Notes: a model not told the origin generated them from the sequence alone. 64,000 bases of DNA from Entomortierella parvispora E1425 (GCA_020891255.1 BQFW01000011.1:62001-126000), one strand, 5' to 3'; positions 11,694 to 25,139 are shown, numbered from the stretch's first letter. A program made the numbers and translations.

Positions 11694-12185
11694 CTAGTCA
11701 CACAGCTTTGGGTTCCTGCAGATGTCCTCGCATTGGTTACGGTAGAGGGATTCAACATCGACTGGGACGCCACCTGGAGGAGGATGCTGCATGACCCATT
11801 CTGCAACAGCACAGTGGATCGCATAATCATTGCCAGAGAAAGGCTGGCCGATTTCATCGCATTCGTAGGCTGCCATGGTCATAGCGACAGAAAACAACCC
11901 TCCAAACCAGCCTATCAGGCCACTAGCAGTACAGGCTGCGGCAGCTCCAGGGACAAGCACACAAGTGGCAACACCAGCAGCACCTGCAATCATGCCGACA
12001 ACAGCCACAGCACATCCACCAGCTCCATTGATAGAAGCGTCATTGCCGGTTTTAGACGCAACCAATTTTCCTGCGACGGTTGCTGTATCGTAATCCATTT
12101 GGGCCCACCCGACATTAGAGGCTTGAGAACTTCCAATAAAGAGACATCCAGCGAGAGAGACCGCAGCAACTTTGCTAATTAACAT
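11694..12185 (-). CDS. Small secreted Cys-containing protein (163 aa) with a long Gly/Ala-rich hydrophobic hairpin
   Basis: ATG at 12185, signal-peptide-like MLISKVAAVSLAGCLFIGSSQA, central GAGGCAVAVVGMIAGAAGVATCVLVPGAAAACTASGLIGWFGGLFSVAMTMAA. Confidence 0.7.
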   Translation of the reverse strand: MLISKVAAVSLAGCLFIGSSQASNVGWAQMDYDTATVAGKLVASKTGNDASINGAGGCAVAVVGMIAGAAGVATCVLVPGAAAACTASGLIGWFGGLFSVAMTMAAYECDEIGQPFSGNDYAIHCAVAEWVMQHPPPGGVPVDVESLYRNQCEDICRNPKLCD

Positions 12186-12473
12186 CTTGTAGGCGAAAAT
12201 CGGAGATCGGAGAAAGGACTTTGTGGGGATAGCTGAGAATTGATGTGTGATGGTAGATGAAAAGAAAGTAAGAATGAACAGATTGCAGTATTTATACTGG
12301 AGACTTTTGATGAATTCACAATCTCGATGTACAGTATGTACAGTACAAGCGCACTTCCAATTCAAAGGAAAGGTTTGGCATAGACACTACAATACCAAAA
12401 GGGTTAAAAAACCAGCTTGCGAGAGTTTACAACAAGGAAGGCCAATGCAGGACACAAAAACAATAGAAGCGCT

Positions 12474-12730
12474 TGATCGTTGAGCTGCTTTCGTGAGAAA
12501 AAAACAACTAATTCCTTTGGCTGCTGGACAACAAGACAAGGAAGCTTGCATGAAAGTTGGCCACAATGAACATAAAGAGAGCTTGAATCGAATTGATCGT
12601 TGAGCTGTTTTCGTGAGAAAAAAACAGTTATTTTGGCTGCTGGACAACAAGAAAAGGAAGATCGCATGAAAGTTGGCCACAATGAACACAAAGAGAGCTT
12701 GAATCAAATTGATCTTTGAGCTGTTTTCTT
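12474..12730. repeat. Tandem repeat, period about 117-120 bp
   Basis: TGATCGTTGAGCTG.TTTCGTGAGAAAAAAACA at 12474 and 12594, a partial unit at 12710 and a degenerate unit near 13470-13530. Confidence 0.9.
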
Positions 12731-14108
12731 GGGGGGGGGGAACAATTTTTCCTTTACTGTTGGACAACAACAAAGATATTTCGTAGGAGCTGCCCACTTG
12801 TCGTCCGGTCCAACAACTCCAAGTGTGTCGCCCAGTGCTCTTGTTGTCGTCCAATTAACATTCCGTTTGTGTACTCTGCATCAAACCATCCATCTTTGAT
12901 ACTCTGTCAAACGAGATTGCCTCGACCATTTTGTGGCAATGCCTCAACGCGTGTATATCTCGTTTTTCTTGCCTCTACGACAGCCAACTTGCACAGCATT
13001 TAAACCAGACAAGGTCGGTAGATTCAACAGTGATCGTGCGTGCACTTGCAAAAAATCATGCCGAAGGAGAATACACTCATTCTGTCCAACTGGTTTTTTT
13101 CCGTTTATAATTTCTCTCCCTTAACTTTAATCCTATTTTGAGTGGCGCAACCGCTAAACTGTCTGCTGGGACTTGCTGTTTTTCTTTTGCTTCGTGATTT
13201 TGTGGTTCAGGGGTACAAATGTACGTTATCTTCGCCTAAACAACGAGGCATTTTTTTTTTTGATTGACTGCTATGCTGTACTACATTGAAACCAAGAATT
13301 TAGGAAGTTTCTTTCGGAAGTTCATCCGAAGTGGAAAAGCCAAGAAAATATCCGGAAGAATTTTTTGTGCAACGTGGGCTTGCAAGCTTGTAATGGCAGC
13401 GATCGTGCACTTGCAGTCTACGTCGGACGAATCGGATACTTCCGTATTTTGCATGACAACTGGCTGCAAAACAAGAGCACTTGAATCAAATTGATCGTTG
13501 GGCTGTTTTCATGATAAAAGTTGGCATTACCTCTTTTTTATATAAACTAGTGATTTTCACGATCATCTATTATTTTTCTTCACACAACGTCACCTCTAAG
13601 TAAGTTAAGACATCGGTAGGGTCAATTTCGATTGGGATAAAAACATTAACAGCACCCATTCTATCAATTTACCGACCAGTCTTTAGTTGTATCAGAAGAC
13701 GTCGCCAAGCACCAGCCCAGAACAAAATCTCGCCGAAAAATGGAGGATTGGTTACATTTAGTCTCGTTGTTCATGTACCTTCTGATGGCGGCATCCATAC
13801 CGATATTACTTGTCAAGTGGTATGCCTATACCATACGCTCGCGAGAACATCGTTATCAAAGAATCGAAGATCCTAAATGAGACGAATAAATCTACTGAAG
13901 GTTTCAGCCACAAATGGCCACACAAGAGGGTGGTTATAAAAAGGGCATGGTTCATACAACGGTTCTTTCTTAGTTTACATGCTCCGTTTGTCAATATCTC
14001 GCCATGTGTCAATTTTGACCTCCTTGTTAGATATGTGGGCAGCTCGAGGTGCCCTAGTTCAGCTTGTGCAAATAAGGGCACCCCTTAAGTCACGGACATG
14101 TACTTATG

Positions 14109-14456
14109 TAGTCTCGCCACCAGACCTCCAGCTCACGTGATCTGAATCCATTCGACTCTACTCCCACTGGAGGTCTGGGTCACAATCCTGACCTTTTGGC
14201 ACAGTTCTTCGTAAAAATATAAAAGGAAACTGGTACTTCTTTTGCATGCAGCACGGACGAGAAAAAGGGTGTCGAGGGGTTACACACAAAGACTTTTTCA
14301 GTGAGGATGACATCCATTGCATGGATTTTGTTCACCTTCCTTTTTTATTTTACGAAGAACTGTGCCAAAAGGTCAGGATTGTTGACCCAGACCTCCAGTG
14401 GGAGTAGAGTCGAATGGATTCAGATCACGTGAGCTGGAGGTCTGGTGGCGAGACTA
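14109..14456. mobile_element. MITE with about 115-bp TIRs starting TAGTCTCGCCACC
   Basis: 14109-14228 is the reverse complement of 14337-14456 apart from a few mismatches and indels. Flanks GTACTTATG and GTACAGTATG look like a decayed 9-10-bp TSD. Confidence 0.95.
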
Positions 14457-15016
14457 GTACAGTATGGGCAGAGTTGGGACGCGGTGGTAACAGAGGTGTC
14501 TTCTTTCATTTGTACACCTCTCTTTTGCGTCGTTGCTGCTCGTTTGGGATACTTGGCTCCTCCGAGAAGGCACGAGAATAAGAGAGAACTTCAGGCACCA
14601 AGCACCACACAAACCAGATCAAACAACCCCCCCTGCAAACAAATAGACCTCGTGCAACAGTCAAATCAGACTGACCGTGCAGCGCCTTCACTCACAAAGC
14701 CACAAACAAAGGGTCAACTACAACCATTGCCACCATTGCCACCACCGCAACCTTTAGTATAAATACCCGGACTTCATATCAATAAACATCATTCAATCTT
14801 CGTGCTCTTCCCTTGGCCTTTACTATTGCACCCCCCCCATGTCGCAAGAAGAAGGGGGAAGCTCATCAAAGTTGCCCTTGTCACCAAAGTCAGATCAAGG
14901 TAAAACCAGCCCTGTCGATCCCCCACACACCACATGATTGTCGTGGATTTGCCTCTAAGCCACTGCAGCTCTGGTATAAAAAGGTGCTATGAGCGGGAGA
15001 TAGAGGAAAGTTGTCT

Positions 15017-15243
15017 TTGCCACATACTTCTTTCCTACTATTTCGTCGCTGCTGCTTCTGCAATACGGACACTGGTTCCATAGGAGCAGGTACTTTAACG
15101 GACAATATCAACACTTCAGTACCATCCATATCAACACTTCAACACCAATATCAATAGCAATAAACGTCTTTGCCACATACTTCTTTCCTACTATTTCGTC
15201 GCTGCTGCTTCTGCTATACGGACACTGGTTCCATACGGGCAGG
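15017..15243 (+). repeat. About 75-bp direct repeat pair
   Basis: TCTTTGCCACATACTTCTTTCCTACTATTTCGTCGCTGCTGCTTCTGC.ATACGGACACTGGTTCCATA occurs twice, about 150 bp apart. Confidence 0.9.
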
Positions 15244-15511
15244 CGAGAACCCTTTTAGGAGACCCGGAAAAGAACACCGCTACAACTCAGAGAACCTTTA
15301 TTTCACGAACATGAGCTCCCTTGGTTCAGGCGAAGAACAAGAGAAACCTGATCTCGAGGAGAATGCATCCGCGGGGACAAGCTCAACCTTTCAATACCTT
15401 GGGCATGGGAAAACACGAACAGAGCCTGCTGGTACCACTAGAGCATCAGTAACCTCCGGAAGTCTGTACTAAATGCATGGGAAGTTGCACAGAAAAATAC
15501 ATACTTCCGGA

Positions 15512-15610
15512 GGGTCATAGTGAAAACCTTACTTCCCGCCCAGCCCCTCCAGAGGAGTTCAGTGAGAGCTGCCTAAAAAGGCAGGTGCGTCAGCACTTGT
15601 GACGAGACTA
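15512..15610 (-). mobile_element. Solo right TIR of the TAGTCTCGTCACC family with an internal deletion
   Basis: Matches 32119-32247 but lacks the stretch between the two GTGAC words. Ends in GACGAGACTA. Confidence 0.85.
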
Positions 15611-16069
15611 AGTGAAAGGAGATTTTTGTCCCAGCCCCTCAGCAGCAGCAGTGTGTGACTGCCAGCTGGGGAGGAGGATGGGTTCAGAGCTTCCCACCAA
15701 TATACAATGGGCGCGTGATATATCTCCACTGCCTCGTCCATCAGACGATCACACGCGATTTTGACGAAGAAAGAACAAAAAGTTTTCTCTTTTAAATGTC
15801 GGACACCATTGCTAAAGGCCAGACGCCTCTGTGCTTCACAACACTACAATACCTTCAATCAGACAAAACTCTCCATTTCACCCTTAATGGCCCATTTAAC
15901 CACGGGCTAAGATTTCTTTGACCATGTCTCCCGCTGACTAAAACTTCGGCGAAATTAACGTCAAAACAACCATTTGCTTAACCAAGAAGTTCGTCAGTCA
16001 AGTTTAGCTGGCGAGGAACTGTTAGTGCGAACCAATTGACCGCCTAAGAAAAATTAGCCGGTTACAGCC

Positions 16070-16598
16070 ACTAGAAATGACCTCTCTGGGCAACTCAAGC
16101 CACACGGCGTGAAAGCCATATTTTTTACATGTGCTAGAACCAATCTGTAGAAAAGACCACTCTAGGAGACCCTGGATACACGGTGTGAAAGCAAAAATTT
16201 TACATGCTCTAGGACCCGACTTTGCCACCGAAAAAACTGCATCAAATGACCCTAAAAACATTGTCGACCCCACGCCACCACCTTTGCAGGGGTTTAGAAC
16301 GGGGGGCCCCCTTTGATGTCATGACCGGATTCGGATGAGGAGGAGGCTGGACAGGACCAGGGTCTTGGGTTCCAGCTCAGTGTGGAGCAGGAGCAAGTGC
16401 TAAGGCAGATAATGGCCCAACATGGGCTATATTTATCTGGGCTATATTTTTCCACGGGCGCAGCTGGCACAGGAAAGTCAGAGTGTTGAAGGAGCTGTGT
16501 CGTGAATCAAGGGCAACCACAACGCACGAGCCTGTGGTATTGGTACTGTCCGGAGTCGCTGCATTTAATGTCGGGGGATTGACGCTGCATCACTTTTT
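16070..16598 (+). mobile_element. Second copy of the family X / truncated PIF1 chimera
   Basis: Same junction GATGTCATGA|CCGGATTC and same internal duplication TGGGCTATATTTATCTGGGCT as at 4335-4465. Cut off near 16598 by LINE sequence. Confidence 0.9.
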
Positions 16599-16599
16599 G

Positions 16600-19500
16600 A
16601 TGCGGTCGTAGGATTCCTGTTGCCTGTTTGCTTTTGCACCATTGTTGTTGTCTATGAAGTGTTTGGAGGTCATATACAGTATACTTCCGAGGTTCTAAGG
16701 CTGTTGCTTCTACCCTTCCTTGCCCTTTCAACGCTTCCGTGAAGTTCGACCAATCTGCTGCTGTGACTTTACGATAATTGATTCTCGTGCTGCGTATGCG
16801 GTGGCGCCTGAGCATTGGTTTTGTCACTGGTCTGGTAGCAGTGCTCATGTTATACGACGCCATAGCAGCTTTGTGGTCAGTGCCGACAGAATCCGGTACC
16901 GCACCAATCCATGCTTCCATTAGTCGTGGTTGAAGTGCAGTCGAGTTTAACACTAGGTCTATTCTGCTAATCTATTTGAAAGTGTAGTCTAAACCGTGTG
17001 GATGAAGGAATCGAAATGTGTCCACCAGGCCAGCACTTGTACAATGTCGCAGGAATGTAGTTTCTGATGTGGTAGATGTGGTAGATGTGTGAGCTGGGTT
17101 GATACGGTCGATGAGGGGTGACATGACGCCAGTGAAGTCGCCCAGGAGTATAAGCGCCATGTCGTGTGCATGTTACGCGGTATTTCGGCTTGCTTGTTCA
17201 GGGATCGGACATAAGGTAACAAAGGGAAGGAGGAGTGAAGGATGGAGAGGTTTGGGGGAAATTGGCTAGTGTTGTTGTTTTTGGTTATAAGAGAACTGAC
17301 TTTATTCCAAGAGCGATATTGCTCCGTATCTATAACAAATTGAAGGATAAGAAGATATAGAGTTGCTTCGAGTCGGCCAGACGGGAAAGATGACTGTCCG
17401 CAAGAGGTATGTAAGTGGAAAGAAGGTCATTTGGTCAAGCACTGAAGTGGGCAAGAAATCGTATCGAACGAAAAAAGTATGGTCAAATGTGAGGAAAGTA
17501 AAGTCAAGGTTCATAGGAAGAATGGGCTATGTACAAGGAGGACTCTTCAAGAAGGAAAAAGGTGAAAAGGAAAGAGGAACGAGTCAATTAATCTTTGTAG
17601 CAGGTTCAAAGGTCAAAGAGTAAATGCCATAGTTGTCGCGTTTCACTTGTTCTATCGCGTCGTGTCCAAGGTTGATCTGTCAAGTGATTTGGAATAAGTC
17701 AATTTGTCAGCGCGGCGTGGTGCCAAAGTCGCGTAGGACGTCCAGTAATTTGATGAAGGGTGGGAGCTGTTGATGGCCAGGACGGTACGATACACCCTTA
17801 AGTAGAACCACTATATGTAGTTGCTCGCACGGCGTGGCTCTCTGCTCTTATTCCACATTGATCGATACTGACAGAGGCCAGCACGGCGACCCTTAGGTAG
17901 AGCAGCCCTCTCATTATTTATTATTACCAATACATGATCCGTCTTATTCCACATTGATCGATACTGACAGAGGCCAGCACGGCGACCCTTAGTCTGATTC
18001 TCACTCGTCACCTAGGATTGCCATAGTCTCGACCCAGCCCTCTCTACTCGCTACGTGACCTGCCAAAGGCGGTCATGTCCTGTAGAGCAACCCCACTACC
18101 GTATTGCTGCTCTTCATCACTCGCCCAGTATCCCACAAAGTTGCATTTCTGCGTTTGGACTGGGGGGAGCGCGAATTTTTCTTTTTCTTTTCTTGTATTT
18201 GTCACTTGACACCCGATTACGTCCAGGGCCTGTTCACCATCGCCCCAATCACAAACGGTTTGAAAGACAACGTTGCCGTTGCCACCTCGCATGTTAATTG
18301 TTGCCACTCTTATTTCATCTCCGAATACTCTCTCCATGTTGCCCGTTTTTTCAGGAATGTGTGTGTCAGACATTAAAGGTCCAAGTCTTCGTTTGGTTCT
18401 TCACTGTTCTCCTATTGGGAGGCCAGGAATTGTGCAAAGAGAGGGGAGTTTTGGAATTAGTCGTAAGAGTCCAGCTTTAGCTGCGACTCTTGCAATTGTG
18501 TTGTGGCTACAAACAACCGTTGCTCCAGCTCTAGAAACTCTCTCTCAGTCTGCAACCCTTTCACGTGGTCCGCGTCCGTTTTTCTCTTTCTCTGCATGAT
18601 CATCCCTATGCCGGCCATTGACTGTTGGGATGAAGATAATGGGAAGGATCCGAAGTTGATGCCCTCCATCGAGCCGAGAGCTGCCTGGGGTGTTGATTGT
18701 TTCCAACCATTCACCAACTCATTCGCCTCTTGGGTACTGAGCATTTGACTCATTTGGGAAGGGGGAACAACTGGACTCGGGTTTGTGGGTTGGAAGGTGC
18801 TGATGTTGGAGGGGATGTTCTGAAACTGTGAGTCTGACTGCAATTATTGTGCAGGGGTAGTTGTGGTAGGGGCGATAACTGGAAGGAGGGTCTTAATCAT
18901 TGCCTTCTATTCATCTATCATTTTTTTTTCTCTGTTCACCCAATGGCGCTCTAACTGTTCCAATTTTTTGGTCCAAATCTGATCCAACTCTTGTCGGAGT
19001 GTGTTTAGTGCGGCTGTCTCCACAGATAGTCCTGCAGAGATCGTAGCCTGACCATTGTTGTTCGTGTTGTGCTGTGTTTTGAACGAGACTTGGGCTGGGG
19101 TATGGATGATGGGCGAAGGGGTGGTTCTCTTTTTGGGTGCAGTCACCGCTGCGTAGCTCTTTTATGTGGGGTTCACGATGGGAAGGAACTCTTCTTTCCA
19201 GTGCGCACGGTTCTGATAGAATACATTCTTTGCTCTGTCATTATGTATCTCTTTGCGCTTCCGGCTGTCCTCACAGTCACCAATCTTATGTTCAGTGGAT
19301 CCACACGAGTAGCACGCTTTTTCATTCATTCCCACCCGTGCTGTCAATTTCTGGTACCCTGCCCCAAATCGCGTACCGCTGACTTTGTCCCATTGCTCCT
19401 CATCGGTGAAAGTAAGGAAAGCCTCAAGGAATCGTCTTCCAAATAGGACTGTGACGGGCATGGTAATGGTGGCGAACTCGTAGCCAGCGTCCTGGAACAT

Positions 19501-20660
19501 AGTGACAACAGTGCGTGGGGTGGATCCTTGGGGGAGGTTGACCAGCTTCTGTCGGATGTTGTGGGTGTGGTCTACTATGTGGTTGCCATATCGTTTGATT
19601 TGTCCAGAATCGTCTCCAATAATGACCATAAAAGGGTTGCTTTGTAGCATGGTGTCAGTCGAGTCTGCGGAGGTGAAGGCGACTGTTGCGGTGCTCATAC
19701 GGCCTTTAAAGTTTTTGCCCATGATAACGTGGTCAACATCTCCCCATTCCTCACAGGCGATTCGGACATCAGTTTCGATGGCGTGGACACTGAGAGCGAC
19801 TATGTCGAGGGAGAAGGCATGGTCGTGGTCTTGCATGTCCTGTGTGAATCTTTCGAATGCTACAGTGTATGTGTTGCTGTCGACGGAGTCCTAGGCGCTG
19901 GAATTTGTGTTCCCTGGGCTGAAAGCGCCCTGGATCAGTTTTTCGAGGTCGCGCTCGTTGGTCACTTCCACCAAGATATATCATACACGTGCCATTGGGA
20001 GAGGGACGACCGCTTTTCCTTTGGGCTCCAGGCTGCGCCTGATGGAAATTACCTGGGGTGCTCTCAAAAGGATCACCAACGTTTTCAGCTGGCCTTTCGC
20101 TTCTGGTTGTTGTTGTTGCCTGTTGCGTGGTCAGCAGGGAAGATGGCCTGGAAACGCTGGTGTGCTTCGTTTTGACCGGGGTGAACCCTTGGTTTTCGGG
20201 TGGTGGTTCCGATGGCGGGGTCTCAGGCACCTCGTCGCATTCCATGCCTGTGATGACAGGTTTGCGCAGAGAGAATCGCTGCGCAGGGGTTGGTTGAGAC
20301 ATACTGTTGAGTTTGGGTACGGGTGTTTTTTTTTTTTTTTTTTTTTTGTCGTTTTTGTGTGTTCGGGTTGCGGAAGGTGTGGGAGGGAGAGGACTTATCA
20401 ACGGCTCAGGGATTGGGAGAGGATGGGGGTGGGCCGTTTGCAGTTGAAAAGTCGTCTTTGATGAAAGACCTGACCCAATTTTGCTGGTTGAGAATGTATT
20501 GGTGGACAAGGAAAGAGCTGGGATTCACATATAGCCTCGCCTCCCGGCCTTCACCCGGCGGCACGCTTGACCTACGACCCCTGCTCAGCTACCCAGTAAC
20601 TCAGCTAACACTCGGCTAACACTCGGCTTACACCCAGCAACACCCAGCTAAAGCACGCAA
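16600..20660 (-). mobile_element. Non-LTR retrotransposon (L1-like) remnant: ORF1 plus APE endonuclease, RT missing
   Basis: ORF1 pieces show an RRM-like region and a CCHC knuckle (CYSCGSTEHKIGDC, within 19162-19836). APE motifs: IRVATINMRG, GSGVAL (18044-18373), LLGDF, DTFRFLHP..LDYTF, SRID, TDHKA (16850-17222). Many stops and frameshifts. Confidence 0.85.
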
Positions 20661-22392
20661 AAACACGCAAACACCCAGCTCACACTCGGGAACAAGCAGG
20701 CACGGTCTCGAGAAAGAGCAAGGCAATAAGAAGCGTTGCAACAGGACCATGGGGTCAGAGTGGAGACAAGAAGTGAGGTTTATTCTGTTACTCTGACTAA
20801 GAAATGATTGTCAAACCTGTAATCCTTGCTGGGTATATGTTGCGAGACAAATATGGGGATCTTTATTCTGGCGAGGGCGATGAGGGTTGCTCGTGATCGT
20901 GTTACAAACAGCTTGGAAGATTGAACGAGTGGATAACAAATGACAGATTTAGGCACTCGATATCTTTCCCTTAAGCATCCATCACCTTTTCGACCTCCGC
21001 CGTGACAACGTCGAGATTTAGTTTTGTCTGTTCCTTTTGGATTCGATTTGCAAGGCATTTGAGTTCCTTGTTAACCTCCTCCTTAACTGGCCTTGTCTCT
21101 TCATCCCTCATGACAGACACCAGGCGATTCAGATCGCCAAGAACTCCACCATCGTCTTCATCTTTCCCTGGCCTAACCTGCTTTAGGTACTTCTCCACTT
21201 CCTTTTTCAGTAGAACTCCGTCATCGCCACTGTACTGTACCGTTGAAAGAAGACAAAAGCTGCAAGCTACTGACCCGACCATCCTCTCAACGTCTTCTTG
21301 GACGCCCACAGAGTCGCTAACGTTACTGGCATGGTGTTGAACTTGAGAAACCGAGGGTTGACACAAGCATGCTACCCCCAAAAAACGGTGACGTCATTTT
21401 TTTTTTTTTGTAATTAGCAGGAGGCAGGGAATGTCAAGCAGGAAAGAGATGAAGGATGGAGACGCTGGCCCTAACCAGAATGGCCAGACACATGAGCAGA
21501 TGAGCATGCTGGTAGAGATGGGGAAGAAAAGGCGGTACACTTTTCCTCCTCCCGGAAAAAATAAAACGAGGATGCGCTGGAAAGGGATTATCCCAGTCTC
21601 CACGCTTGAAGCCGTTTTCAACGTGTGCCGCCATGTGTTGTGCGAGATAGCGAGCTGTTGTCGACTTTTGTCCGCTGTATTCAATAAAATAAAATACCGT
21701 AAATACGTGTCAGTACCGTACCTACGGGTCATGAGCAATGAGTGCATGGAAAGTGACCAATCGGAACTGTTGACGAGAACAAGTTTTGAGGCTATGTATG
21801 TATGCATCGGGCAAGAGCCGGAGAAGGAAGGGAGGTTTTTCAGAGAGGCCTGAGCAACAACGAAAAGCGTTCTCATAAAAACCGCGGAGCCGTGCATTTG
21901 TGTGCAGAGGGTAGCGTGAGAACTGTGACATAAAAATAAAGTTTAAGAAAATGGCCTTTCTGTGGTACCTACATGAATACATTTCTAAGTTCAGCTCCAG
22001 GGGATGGCAGACGGACAAAAAACTCCAAACGGAGGATAATAAACACAAACTTAATTCACAAAAGAGCCAATCATAACATTGAAGATGTCCGAAAGCATGA
22101 CCGTGTAGGCAGGCCCGGAGGTTGTGCCGAGCGCTCCCATGCACTTCGACATTCATATTGCGTGACATGTGCACCAATCACTAAACGTGTCTAGGCCGAC
22201 AACCAATGTTTACATTTTCCCATAAAGTTTTTGCAGTCAAAGTGATGACTTTATAAAAAGGTCCACCTCTTACCGTTTCAAAAATTCGTTTGAGCACATC
22301 GACCGCCTCCTTCCCCCCCCCCCCCCCACCCCTCCCTCCCTCCCTCCCTCCTGTCTTCTTTTCTCCCTCCCTCTTCAAAAACGTCGCACATC

Positions 22393-24753
22393 ATGGCTGA
22401 CGTTCAAAAGCAAGAGGTCTTCGATGAGAAGTTCGATGAGAAGTTTCCCGAAACTGACGCTGAGAATCAAGTGCAATTGACAGAGGAAGATGACTCTCCT
22501 GTCGAGGAAGTGCGCGTCACCATCTCGAGTATGGATACAGTTCATCTTACACCTGGCCTTACATCGTGACATTTCTCTCAATTTAATAGTCTAACATAGC
22601 TCTGCATGCTTCTCTGTTTTGTTTTTGTTGCGACTCAAATAGATGTTGACGATCCTTCGCTTCCCTACAACACATTCCGCATGTGGTTCCTCGGCCTCCT
22701 CTTTACCGCTGCTATCTCTTTTATCAACCAGTTCTTTTACATGCGTCAGGGTAATATCCAGATCGGATATGCCGTGGTTGCTCTCCTCTCCCTGCCTTGC
22801 GGTCACTTTATGGCTCGTGTTTTACCCACTCGCCAGTTCAACACCTTTGGCTTCACATGGTCTCTCAACCCTGGTCCCTTCTCTATTAAGGAGCACGTTT
22901 TGATCGGCACTATGGCCGCTGTGAACACCGGTACTGCATACGCTGTTGATATCGTTATTATTCAAAAGATCTTTTATCATCTTGAAAAGCCTTTTGTCGC
23001 CGGTTTGTTCTTGGTCATCACCACCCAGATTACTGGCTTTGCTATGGCTGGTGCAATCCGCCGTTTCCTCGTTCGTCCTGCTCATATGATCTGGCCACAG
23101 AACTTGGTCACTGCCTCTCTCTTCCGCTCCCTTCACGCTGAGCTCGGTGAGGACGACAAGGATCGCATGCCAAGAACAAAGTACTACCTGATCGTTGCCG
23201 GCAGCATGGCTGTATACTACTGGCTCCCCGGTTTGATCTTCCCCACCATCGGATTCTTAGCCTGGATCTGCTGGATCAAGCCCACTAATGTTGTTCTTTC
23301 TCAGTTGACTGGTTCCTATGGTCTTGGTATCGGTGCCATTGCTTTGGATTGGGCTGCTATTTCGTCGTATGTCGGACCTTTGGTCACCCCTTGGTTTGCT
23401 CAGGTCAATATTATTGTTGGTTTCTTCCTGGTTGCGTACCTCATGGTCCCTTGGGCTTACTACACCAACGTTTATGGCTCCAAGTACTACCCTATCATCA
23501 CTTCCCAACTCTACACCCCTGGACCCAACGCTACCATGTTCAACGTCTCGTTGGTCTTGAACAGTCAGGGCATCCTGGATGAAGAGGCATACACCACCCT
23601 TGGTGAACTTCGTATGGATTCTTTCTTTGCCCTGACTTACGGTATTGGTTTCGCCGGCCTTACTGCTACCTTTGTTCATGTCCTTCTCTACAACGGAAAG
23701 GAGATCGTTGAGCGGTGGAAGTCTGCTCGCGCCGAGAATGAAGACATCCACTCTCGCTTGATGCGTCACTACCCCGAGGTCCCCGACTGGTGGTATGGTG
23801 CGTTAGGTCTTGTCACCTTCGCTCTCTCCATGGTCACTTGCGTCGTCTGGGACTACATGCCTTGGTGGGCTTTGCTCTTGGCAATGGTCATCGCTATCGT
23901 CTTCGTCCTTCCCGTCGGTATCGTCCAGGCCGTCACTAATCAGCAGCCCGGTCTTAACATCATCACCGAATACGCCATCGGTTACTTGCTCCCTGGTCAC
24001 GCCATCGCTAACGTCACCTTCAAGACCTACGGTTATATTGTCAACGTCCAAGCCCTTTCCTTTGTTCAGGACTTGAAGCTTGGTCACTATATGAAAATCC
24101 CCCCACGCACCATGTTCATGGCCCAACTCGTCTCCGCCACCTTCTCTTGTGTAATCAACTTGGGAACCGCCATGTGGTTGATCGATACTCGCCCCGATAT
24201 CTGCACTCAGGCTGGCTACCCTTTCAACTGCCTGAGTACCAACACCTTCTTCTCGGCCTCTGTCATCTGGGGCGCCATCGGGCCCCAGCGCGTCTTTGGT
24301 ACCAAGGACAACGGTCTCTACGCTCACGTCCAGTGGGGCTTCCTCGTCGGCGCTGCCCTCCCCGTCATTTTCTGGGCTCTCAGCAAGAAGTTCCCTAATG
24401 TCCAATGGCTGAAGTATGTACACTGGCCCGTCTTGTTGGCAGCCACTGGCAATATGCCTCCAGCGCTCCCTTACATGTACTCCAACGGCTTCGTTGTCGG
24501 TTTCATCTTTGCTTTCTGGTTGAGACGCTACCGCTACAATTGGTGGTCGCGCTACAACTACTTGACCTCTGCTGCCCTGGACAGTGGTGTCGCTGTCACA
24601 GGATTGCTCATCTACTTCATTGTCGAATCTTGGAATGGCGCATTCCCCATCTGGTGGGGCAATCCCGACGTCAACAATGGAGCCGCCATTGACCACTGCC
24701 CACTGGGAAATGCCAACTTCTATGGACAATTCGCTCAATCTGAGAGTCCCTAG
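22393..24753 (+). CDS. OPT-family oligopeptide transporter (748 aa, 2 exons)
   Basis: Exon 1 22393-22528, intron 22529-22642 (GT..AG), exon 2 22643-24753. Motifs DDPSLP.NTFRMWFLG, NPGPFSIKEHVL, QQPGLN, DLKLGHYMKIPPR. Confidence 0.97.
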
Positions 24754-25139
24754 GGTTGAGGTTATTCGTTTTCAAATAAATCTAAGGTGATTCATACTTA
24801 GTTACTCTAGTCCAGAAAGTAACGAATGGTCGTTAAAATGTTTTAGCTAATTTGAGGGGGAATAGCAAGGGAGCACTTGGGACAAAGAGATGGGTCCAAG
24901 CTGGACCAGGTCAATTCAGTCCTTTATGGTGAGTTGACGTAGCTTGGCTCGGTTCCTCCGCTGCGATGAAGAGTCCAAAGAAAAGACAGCCAGCATATCT
25001 GGACGTTTGATATTCATTAAAGCGTTTCAATACTGCAATTCTCATTCTCCATGTCTGCTACACGCGGTTCTCCATCGATACTCCGAGTGTACTGACTCGT
25101 GCTTAACGAGATGCAGAGTGGAGAAAGAGATTGGGAATA

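Noticed and set aside
14647-14671. 25-bp exact match to the reverse complement of 41745-41769
   Set aside because: A real match, but too short to define an element or function.
217-15610. A single 15.4-kb TIR element bounded by the TIRs at 217 and 15610, carrying both JmjC genes
   Set aside because: Orientation fits, but the flanks share no TSD (GTCACCGTC versus AGTGAAAGG) and the arms diverge after about 80 bp, so they are probably ends of different insertions.
20780-22180. Short ORFs between the LINE and the OPT gene
   Set aside because: No recognisable motifs or consistent exon structure.
23803-24738. 311-aa antisense ORF
   Set aside because: Shadow of the OPT coding strand caused by codon bias.
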